From Flaccisagitta enflata (Eukaryota): a DNA stretch of 64,000 bases. The translations under genes were made by a program, and so were the position numbers. Below are positions 1-11,109 of the stretch, piece after piece. The stretch is taken from NCBI GenBank assembly GCA_965153355.1, contig OZ231126.1:4154001-4218000 (forward strand), read 5' to 3'. The notes beneath the pieces were generated by a model. It ran no database searches and was not told the origin of the DNA. It was given only the letters and a program-made list of their open reading frames with translations. The first letter of the stretch is position 1. Each line of letters begins with the position of its first letter.

Positions 1-196
1 GTGGTTGTGATTTCTAATGTGGACTTGTGTAGCCAAATCAACACTTACTTGTCTCTGTTGTTGTTTCTGTGAGCGATAGTTTTTCGTGGTTGTGATTTCT
101 AATGTGGACTTGTGTAGCCAAATCAACACTTACTTGTCTCTGTTGTTGGTTCGGTGAGCGATAGTTTTTCGTGGTTGTGATTTCTAATGTGGACTG
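1..196. repeat. 85-bp tandem repeat of the zinc-finger exon 3' end plus splice donor
   Basis: GTGGTTGTGATTTCTAATGTGGACT starts at 1, 86 and 171; full units contain ACTTAC (minus-strand GTAAGT). Confidence 0.9.
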
Positions 197-290
197 TGAG
201 GGCGTGATGAGTGGCCAAATGATGGAAGCAAAGCGGGCACTCGAAGATCGGAGTTTGACCGTCCAATGGATCGACCGTAATTGGCTGGAT
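134..290 (-). CDS. Internal exon of a C2H2 zinc-finger protein gene that continues left of the window
   Basis: Minus-strand acceptor TTTTTTTCTTGTTTCAG and donor A|GTAAGT; encodes FECPLCFHHLATHHALTVHIRNH (C-x2-C-x12-H-x3-H). Confidence 0.72.
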
Positions 291-2103
291 CTGAAACAAG
301 AAAAAAAGAGTAGGACAACGAGGAATTAAATGGTTATGTCGAGGTGCAAACGAAGAACAAATTTGATGGGTCAAAACAATATGTTCAACAATTTCAATTT
401 TACCAACTTACATTTTTTTCAATAAGGAATATGATTATTATGCTATATCTATTATAATTTTGCATTGAAAACACTGCAGCATAAAAGGAAGACTGCAGAG
501 CCTGAAAAAATGGGAGAAAAAAGAAGAAATTCTGAAGAAAATCCGAGTTTGCAATTTGACCTGTCTTGGGGAAAATTCTAAGACTCTTTCTAATAGCAAA
601 ATTTTGCATTTTCAAAAACATGGCCTTATTCTAAAAACATTTAAGATAAGGGCCATTTTCTTAGAAATGCAAAATTTCATAATTTGTCCAAGTCTTAAAA
701 TTTTCCCTTTTGAGGTTCTTAATTTTTGCTCTTTTTTTTTTTAGGAATCTATAACTTTCAACAATCATTTCTTGTCTTTATCGCTTAAACAAAGAATTGC
801 CTTTACCATACTGGCTTTTCTTTTGCTAATGAGATTATGATAAACTACAAAACAAAGAAATTTATTAAAAATATTTCATTTTAGTATTGAATATACTTAT
901 AAATGGAGACTGAAACCAAAACTTTCCCTTCCTTTGCACCCTGACTTATACTGTTTTTAAAAAAGCCTTTCTTGAGCTTTCTAAGTAGCTTCCGTGAAAA
1001 AAACGGAAATAGATGTCTCGGTCGCATGTATGCTGGCAAAGGCCAAAGGTGTTGATGTGACTGAAGTAATTGTTGATAGCTCGATACTTGCAATAAAACT
1101 GCCCGTTTACGTATTAAAATGGACATTTAGACCGACGGACAAACTATCATCGTATTAGATTCGATTTCACGCGGCTGAGTTTAACACTTAAATCTTTTAC
1201 AAGGAGTTGTTGAGCTTAGTGGGGTTTTCATGTTGTATGTGTTTGTGATGGTGAACAGCTGGTTGGCCAAACAAGAAGCATCTTGCGTTGGAGCCTTTGG
1301 TTCCTGAATGATTGCCAGCCCAAATAACAGCTGTTATTTATTACTTTCTTTTGTGATCCTTGAAGTATCGCATAATGGCCTGTTGGCGTTTTAATTCATA
1401 CTGCTATTGACAGAAAATAGTATTTGTAGATTGCTTTTACACGTTTTCTCTTTAAGGTTAAGTTACTCATAATTAGGAAGTAAAATACTAAACTGAGTTT
1501 TTGTACGAGCTCCGACAGAGGCTGGCTGCTCTTTCTGGGGGTGCAGAGCAGTTTCTGAGCGGAGAATTCTGCTCTTTTGCAACTTCAGTCGCAGCAGACA
1601 GACGAAATATTTTAGGTCGTGCATTGTTTCGTGTCTTTTAGTTGGTGAGTCATTTACAGTTGTCATTTTCAGAAAAAAAAAATTTACAGTTAAGATCAGC
1701 GACTAAAAAATGTTAATCAAACCAATAGAAATTCGATGCAAAAACTTTCAGAGATGCAGTTTATAAGCTGCTAAATTGTGTTTGCCAAATATTGAAGCTG
1801 ATCGATTCATTCATAACTTTGTGACAAAAAAAAAATTAATGCATAACCATTATTTCATGATTAGCAAGTCGCTTCGTGAAAATTCTCGGCTCTAGTTAAA
1901 TGTAAATGACTAAAGAAACCCAGTTTCAACGATTCTCACAAGTGGTTTCAGTAAATTGGATTTAAGAGAATTGGATTTAATCAGAAAGACAGAATAAAAT
2001 CATTCTCGTTGTGCACTGAATTGACAGCTCATTCGTATCTCTCTCCGGCATTCTCATTCGAGGATCTCGTCAGCAAACCTCAAAGCAGAAAAAGGGAAAC
2101 AAC

Positions 2104-2400
2104 ATGTATTCTTTCGACGGAGATTTCCGTCCCGGGAAGCCCAAAGTGTCCATTTCCGGTCGCAGTCAAACTCAGAGCCAGAATGACGTCATCCGAGCGG
2201 CCAAAGAAGCGCGTCAAAAACGAGAACGCGACCGGAAGCGAGTCGAGAGCGCCACCGTCATCCAAGCCGCCTTCAGAGGCTACCGCAGCCGCGCCGATGG
2301 TCGACGACGTTATTGGGACGATTTCGAGACGAGATTGAAGGAGGTTTCCTCTTCGTTATCGTCATCATCATCATCATCCTCGTCGACAGGCGCTCCTCGG
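2104..2400 (+). CDS. UBE3C: UBE3C coding exon 1 (IQ motif)
   Basis: ATG at 2104; donor CGG|GTAAGG at 2401, phase 0. Confidence 0.93.
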
Positions 2401-5400
2401 GTAAGGAGAGGGTGACAGGGATTGTGCAAAGTTTCAAATTTTGTTGAGGAAATCGAGCTGGGTGCTCTTACGCTTATTTTGATGATGTTTTAATGATTGA
2501 TATCGGTGGCCGTATTTGTCAAATGAAAAACGAGGCCAAGTCATGGCCACTATGTCCGCCTCGCTGATTTTGAATTAATGAATCTACGATTTTGATGAAT
2601 GAACGTTTTTAATGAATGAGTGAATGACTGAATCAATGCATGAATGAATGAACGACTAAATGGAAATGAGAGTGTGACATCGGAATCGTCTGTTTTGCGC
2701 GGTTTTAACGTTTGCGTGACGTACAGACTAACCAACCAACCAACGGACAGACATGACCTCTTATAGATGTGCAAGGACGCATAAAAAAAAAGGTATCATT
2801 GGCCCATGGCCACGCAGTCAATCGATCCTTCAACTGAGCCACTGACTTGTTAGTTGTTATAGTTGTTAACCTGTTAACTTTAACTCAATCACAGTGAGAA
2901 TTCTACTCTCCTCTTCCCCCTCCTCTTCCCCCTCCTCTTCCTCTTTCCCCTCCCCCTCCTCTTCCCCCTCCCCTCCTCTTCCGCCTCCCCCTCCCCCTCT
3001 TCCTCCTCTTCCCCCTCTTCCTCCTCCCCCCCCTTCCTTAGATGGAAGATGACGGCTCCAATTCCTTAACATTGGATCGAATCCGTCGTCTAATAGCCGG
3101 CGCCATTTTGTACTCACAACCGAGTCTCGACGCGGCGCCGCTTATCAAACTCTTCTCCCTTTGTCTTTCTCACAAATCTCACATCGTGCCTCGAGTCGTC
3201 GACGGGAGGTTGGAACACTGCGTCAAACGACTTCTCGTCATCGCCGGCAGACTCCTCAACAACTTGACGACGACGAACGATTCCGGGGGTGGGAGAGGGT
3301 CCTCCTCCGTCGTCGGCAACAACTCACACGCGCTTCCCCTTCGCATGTTGGAGACGTTCTTCGATATCTCCACTTATGAGAAGGCCGTTGTCTCTTCTTC
3401 TTCTTCCTCCTCTTCCTCCACTTCCTCCTCTTCCTCCTCTTCCTCCTCCTCTTCCTCCACTTCCCCATTAGCCGTCGTTTCCCGCGTGGTTCTCTTTTGC
3501 GTCAACGGCGGCTTCTTCTCCGACGTCCTCGCCTTTTTCAACGCTCGAGTTCCGGTCGACGTCCAATTGGCGACGCATTCCACGCCTTACGTGACGCCTC
3601 TCGCCGCTTCCATCCTCGCCTTGATTTCCGTTCCACTGCGGCTCTGCGACGCCGTTTCTAAAAACGGCGTATTTTCTTCCGCCGTCGCCGCCGCCGCGTT
3701 TTCCGACGCCGTCTTTCTCTCCTTGACACGAAGCGCCGTTGGAGGGGGTAGAAACGGCGGCGGCGTTGGTGGTGGCGGAAACGGAAGCAGCAGCGGCGGT
3801 GGCGCTGGTGGTAGAAACGTTAGCAACGGCGGCAGCGGCGCCGGGATCTCGCGTCAAACGAACCTTTTGTTACTCCCACATTTGGCGCAAACCGGGCATT
3901 TTTCTATGGCGGCGTTTCTGTCGCTTTTGAAACGAAGTTTGCCGCCGAAAGGAGATCAATTGTCCAAAGTAACGCCGGTGACGTCGCCCAACTCTTCAAC
4001 TACATCACCATCTTCCGGCACGACGACGATGACGCCGCCGATGGATGGTGGCGCCAGGACGGCGCCCTTGCAACCGACGCCCTGGTTACTGATGGCCGTC
4101 GTTTCGTTGGCTCAACGCTTACTCGATTCAAAGGCCGAAATCACCGTTATTAGAGATTATTTCCAGGCGAGTAGGAATTCCAATCTCTTTCATTTTATCA
4201 TTTCTTGGACATATTTTTTCATAACGAGACTAAACCACAGAAGATAAAAGAGTTGACTCTATGATCTCCCTTCAATATGTATTGCTATTCACTTTCTCTC
4301 TTTTCTTTCTTGAGCTCCGATACTTTCTCATTTTGTTTCAACTTTCGAATGAACTTAATCGCGTTCTGCCTTCCCACTTCTCAACCTTCTTCAGGTGTTG
4401 GAGATCTTGTTTTTGAGTCTTCCGCTTCCCGAAGCGTCGGTCGACAATTACGACTCCGATGATGAAGATGAACCCATGGACTTTCAAGAGGGAACCGTCG
4501 AAGGCAACTTCGCAGCCAATGAGGTTATTCAACTCGATTTTGAAACATCTACGAATTAGGTTATTCTAGTAATTAAATGAATTTAACGAATTAATAGTTA
4601 TGAGAGTTAGAATTTTTGTGTGTTTTGGAGCATTCGTTGATCACAGAGGAAAATGAATGTTTCCTCTTGTGTCCCTTCAAACTATCCATGTTTTGTATTC
4701 TGATCCTCATCTTTCACATCCCCTGACAACAATCCAATGAACAGGCCGAGGCCATTCACGTCGCTTGTCGCTTCTTGCAAACTCGCCGTCACGCGGAACT
4801 ATTCAGCCGCGCCGCCGCCACCTGCTCCTCCTCTTCCACCTCTTCCTCTTCCTCCTCCATCATCTCCTCCCTCTGCGTCGTCTCCTATTACATTCTCCGT
4901 CGCGAAGAACGGACTCGCTCTTCCTCTTCCTCCTCTACCGCGGCCTCTTCCCTCCATTCAGATTTGGTCTCTCGCCTCGCCTACGCTCCGGACTTCCTTC
5001 GTCGTCTTTGGGATCACGTGATGTCGTTGGACACTTTGGTGATCGGCGACAAACGTTGTTCGTTGATCGCTTTGATCGTCCGCGGCGTTGATATTTCCAT
5101 CGCCAATCTGCATCGGTTGGCGCCGGCGTTGACGCTCTTCGCCGCCTGCTTCGTCCATTTGCTCTTCGCCATCCACGACAACGAGTTTCTCATCCGTCCA
5201 TCGGCAGCCGCTGTTTCATCCTCATCCTCCTCCTCTCCCAACAGCGGAAGCGATGCTACTTCCGCCGACGCTGGAAAGGATCGTCGGAAGCGGTTGCGTC
5301 AGGAAGACATTTACGGAAGTAATGATGATGCCGTCGACGTTGACGCGTCGTCGTCGACGAGGTCGTGGAATCCGATGCCGTTCAACGAACCAGAAGTCGT

Positions 5401-5665
5401 CGCGCTTTGCGCCATGTTGAGGGATTTGGGTGTCGGAATCATCAGACTCGCTCATCCAGACTCGTGGACACAGGTTAGAATTACGCAGTACATAAGTCAA
5501 TGACTCCGTGAAAGGAGCACGTTTCAGTTAGAACCATTGAGCAATATAGTCAGTCGATTGTTTTCAAGATTTCATTTCGGCTTGCATGTGTAGCTGATTT
5601 TACATACTACAGGACCTCTACCCGCGATGCTTGTGTTTTCCCTTTGACATTTCTCTCTCTTTCTT

Positions 5666-5749
<84 letters not shown>

Positions 5750-8700
5750 TCTGTCCTCACGCTTGATCAGATCAACGAAGACTACCGTCACATTTTGGAC
5801 GAATCTCGTCTTTCTTGGATGGAGGAGATGAAGTTGGCCAAGACCGAGTTCCAATCCACTCTCGTCTTCGTCTTCAAGCATCTCGTCGTCTTGATCAAGC
5901 ATCTTCACTCCCGAGACTCCAGACACGGATTCACGCCTGACAATCATTGGATCGCCGATGTCGATATCACAGCCGACAAACTCAAACAAATCTACAAGTG
6001 AGGAGAGAGAGAACCTTCTTTACAATCCATTAAATCCCATCCCGATGGAGAAGAAACATATACCGCCATTTAATCCCACTCAAACCCATTGGATTATCGA
6101 GTTTTGATATGCGGTTTTTTAACGATTTGTTATCTAGATTCAGTTGTGTGTACGGGTCTCTAAAATTCGCCGGTGGGTCCCTCGGTCGGGTGTGTCAATA
6201 TGCAAAAGGTTTTTTGATGAAATTGTCATCATTAACGAGTGTTGGGACATTAATTCTTAGACACTTACCGTTTTTCTTTTTCCAAATTTCAATATCTTCG
6301 GTTTTTTGTAAATCCTTATTTAGCCCCTAATTTGTATATTGTAGTGCAGCTGGTTTTGCACCTGGATTGTTGATGACAAGGAAAAACATCAAAATACATT
6401 GGGTCTCTGATTCCTTATACTATAAAAAATAAGTGAAAATCTTCTGCTTTGATACAAAAAGATTTGGTAATAGAAAAAACCTAATTTTTTAAACGATTTA
6501 TCAGTCTCATTTTCAACAAAACTGAGTGCAGTCACAAAAAGTATATATGTTTTTGACATTCTTTACATGCGCTAAAAAAACGGAAGATGATTAAAATTGA
6601 AAAAAATAAAAACGGTAAGTGTCTTGTAATTAGTCTTCATACTCCCTGATGATGATGAGCTGATTAAAAGACCTTTCGCATATTGACACACCCGAGTCCC
6701 TCGGTCCATTCGTTCATCTTTTGAACTTCCTTTTCGGCCTCTGCTCATCTAACTGTCAGATTGACTCAGTTAGGAGCTCCTTTTCTCTCGCTAAATCCGT
6801 GGGTGAACGTTTCGTTTGAGCATCTAATTGTGCGTGTTTAACTGCACGCGACTGTCAACGACGGAGCTAATTAGTATATATCCATCTTTACGATTGTGAA
6901 CAGTATCCAAGGGTAGTTGAGGGGCTCCTTGAATGACGTAACGTCATCAACCTAATTTGCCGCTATTCTGTAAGTGGCATTTATTCGTAATGGCGGAAAC
7001 ACTCCTTGACTTTCAAGTGCATCGATTGCGGAGTTTTTTCGATTTGCTGTTTTGTAGTTCTCGCCATAGTATTTTCTCTCCCCCTCCCTTCTTTTCCTCC
7101 TTTCTCTCCCCCTCCCTTCTTTTCCTCCTTTCTCTCCCCCTCCCTTATTTTCCTCCTCTCTCTGTCTCCTCCCTCTTTTCTCCTCTTCCTTTATTTCTCT
7201 TTTCTCCTGCTCTCCTTCTTTCCCGTTCCTTTCTCTTTCCGCTTCCTTTTCTTTCTCCTTCCTTCTCGCCTCATCCTGCCGTTCTACCTTTCTCCCCTCC
7301 CTCTTCTCCTTCCTTCCTCTTTCCCCTTCCTTTCTAAACCCCCCTTTCATCCTCTAAAAGAGCCCATCAAGTGGTCTTTGAGATGCGAACCTTCACTTCG
7401 TCCACGTTTCTCGACGCTCAGCAAATGAACCAAGAGGAAGGTCTTTTCCTCTCCAACACCGACGTCAAAAACCTCACCATCCTCCGCGAGCTGCCTTTCG
7501 TCGTCAAGTTTCAAGAAAGGGTCAAAATCCTGCAAAGAATCATTTTACAGGACAAGAAAGACCATCAAGGCGAAGTGTTTCTCGGAGACAACGACGGCGT
7601 TATTACGGTAAAAGCGGCTTTCTTGTCATTACGGTGATAGCGGGTTTCCTGTCATTACGGTTAAAGCGGCGGTGCTTGACGTTGATGTGAAATATTGTAC
7701 TTAAAGTTAAACAACATTACTACTCCACGCTAAGTTAGATAAAAGTGCCTTACCTCTCAATGGTGTTCAATACAGACTCATCACTTTGATTCTATGAATG
7801 TGCGAGCGGTTACGCAGCCGTAGTACATAATTGCAATGTGTGTTGAATTGCAATGTGTATGAAACGTGTTATTTGAAACCCATGAACTGTTGCTGATATC
7901 GGGAATTTATTTTGACTGTTTTCCTTTGTTCAGTCCGATGTACATTTTCAGAAATCCTCACTTATGTTTCAGTTTTATTCAAATTTGCTTCTGATACTAT
8001 CCGCACAGATCAACGTTCGTCGTGGTTTTCTTTACGAAGATGCTTTCGAAAAACTTTCCCCCGAAAATGAACAAAACATGAAATTACGAATGCGGGTGCA
8101 AATGCAAAATGCCGTCGGTGAGTTCAAAGAAGTTGCTGGTGAGCGGATGGGCGGGGATTTGTTTTTGTGTCGCCCGTTTTTAAGCTTATTTCATCGATGT
8201 CATTGGATGGAATGCATGTTCTTACTGTCATCTCATTCTACCATCACCTTCTCATTTTTAAGTGGAATTTTTTCCATGTGAAATCTAACCGATTTCATTA
8301 TCCCGGTCATTCCCCTACGCCTCTCCCATCCTTCCCCACCTCTCTTTCGTTCTTAATCTCTCTTTCATTCAATCACTCACTCGCTCACTCACCCACTCTC
8401 TCTCGCTCTCACTCACTCACTTGCACTCGATCGCTCACTCGTTCGCTCACTCACTCGCTGAGTCACTCTCTCACTCGCACTCGATCGCTTACTTGTTTGC
8501 TCACTCGATCGCTCACTCGTTCGCTCACTCACCCCCCCCCCCTTTCAGGCTTGGACGAGGCCGGTATCGACGGTGGTGGCATCTTCCGCGAATTCCTCAA
8601 CGAGTTGTTAAAAGAGGCTTTCAACCCGACTCGCGGTTACTTCGTTATGACTCACGATAAACTTCTTTACCCAAATCCTCTCGCGCATCTCGTTGATCCA

Positions 8701-10938
8701 GACTATCAAAAACATTACTTTTTCCTCGGCAGAATGCTGGGTGAGTGACTTGGAATTGGGTGATTCTTGTTGGGTGAGTGGCATAGATTTGGGTGATTCT
8801 TACTGGTTAAGTGGCTCGGTTGGAATTGGGGGAGACTTGTTGGGTGAGTGGTTTGGAATTGGGAAAGGTTTTTGGCATGCTTCATGTCGGCCTTTTTGTC
8901 GGGTGATTGGCGAAGCTGCGGATGTAGATTTTAATTATATGAACTGTGCAACAAATGTCCTATGCATCATGATGCATGCTTGAGCTCGAACAAATCGCTC
9001 AAAACCAGCCCTTTTCACGTCTTTCCATCGAATGTTTCACTCTGATTCTGTATGTGTTTTTCTTTATGATCATGTTGATAACTATACCCACTTTGTCTCT
9101 TTATGGGGACGATTGATTGTCTGTTGCACTTTTATTTCACGGTTACATAAATCCATTATTTTCGATCTTCCGGGAAAGTGTATAGCATCATCTCTCTGTA
9201 AATGGACAAGCGTCGTCACTGAGTCTGATGTTTGTTACTTTGCCGAGAGATATTTTTGTAACCGTCGTTAAAAAAGTGGCGCCTTCAGTCAAGTTTTTCC
9301 CCTCTCCTTCTCGCTCTCACTTTCTCCCTCTCTTTTTAGTTGCGAACACGCAACTCTATTTAGAGCCTTTGTCCGTCCGTGTGTGTGTGAGCGTGTGTGT
9401 GTGAGCGTGAGTGTGTACGTGTGAGCGTGTTTGTGTGCGAGAGTGCGCGTATGTGTATGCGCGCGTGTACGTGCATGTGTGCCTGTGTGTTTGTGTGCTT
9501 GTGTGTTTGTGCGTTTTTGTGTTTGTGTTTATGCGCCTGTGCGCTTGTGTGTATGTGTGCGCGTATTTACCTGTGTGTCTTTGTATTTATGTGTGTGTAT
9601 GTGTCCGTGTGTCTGCATATCTGTGTCCGTGTGTCTGGATGTGTGTGTCCGTATGTCTGTCCGTGTGTGTGTCGTTTTGTGTGTGTGGGGGGGGGGGTTG
9701 TTTATGTTTATTATCATCCCCCATTCTTTCCCCTTTCAGGCAAGGCTATTTACGAGAATATGTTGGTGGAGTTGCCGTTTGCGGGTTTCTTCCTCTCCAA
9801 GATCTTCGGCGAACGAGGAGGAGACGTCGACTTCCATCATTTGGCTTCGCTCGACCCCAGCATTTACAAAGGACTGCTGTATCTCAAGAATTACAGGTAG
9901 AGAGGGGGCGTTTCTAGTCAGACGATCGCGTTTTGAACGGGCCGCTCGGTCGCTCGCTACGTTCGTTCACTCGCACCGCTCATTCACTTCGCTCACTCCC
10001 TCGTGGGACAAACGCGTTTTTGGTGCTCACTAGAAACACGCCCTTAGTGTTGGTACTGTGAGGTGAAGTGTCGTCCGATTCAAAGCGCTGTTCCGCCGGC
10101 TTTTTAGTCGCGTGCACGCGACTCTACAACCCGCTTTGTCCGTCGGTCGGTTGGTTGATTGGTTGGTCGGTGGGTCGGTCACATTTTACATTTTTTTATG
10201 ATTTTATATCTTTGATCTCGCTGCTCCTGCCCAAATGGTCTGGTGACCTCAAATATGGCCCCTGCCCACCCGCACGCGACTTCGGTGGACGTGTATCCGG
10301 CCTTGTTTTCAAAGGCCTTGCTTTCATCGTGAATCTGGTGATCACAACTGTCAGTCTCCTCTTTTCATTTACATTTGTAACGAAAGCTCTCATCCTCTTT
10401 GTTTTGTTTGTTTTTTTTTTCCTGTCCTCGCGTTTCCTATCAACTAAGAAATGATACATTTATGAGAAAAGGATATTTTTTTTTCCTTCGCGCGATATTG
10501 TTTTCTATATATTTGGCTTCCATGCTCTCAGAATGAGTAGACATGAATCAGATGAGTGAGATAACTTATGGATAGTCTAGATATAAGCCAGATGACTTAT
10601 GGCACCTTCGGCCATCTTCGGGCGTTGGTTTCGTGTCATATCCAAGTTACAAATGGTTCCCAGGCGTTGACTTGATGTCACTCGACTTACGGTTGTGTTG
10701 CTGAAGAAAAAGACACCAAGTCATCTTCATGTGATTAACGATTCCCCACGCACTCCCGCCTTCGCTTTTCTTATTTCCCTTCACCCCCCCCCCTTTCCCC
10801 CCTTTTCCCGTATCAACACTCACCATGTTGATCTCCCGTTATGTTTTCCTCTTTTCTCCTGAACTCCTTTCCTCCCACATTCTCTTCCTCTTGATTCGCT
10901 TCATGGCATCAATGTTTCACATACATACCTACTCTCGT

Positions 10939-11021
<83 letters not shown>

Positions 11022-11040
11022 CACACACACACCTACACCT

Positions 11041-11109
<69 letters not shown>

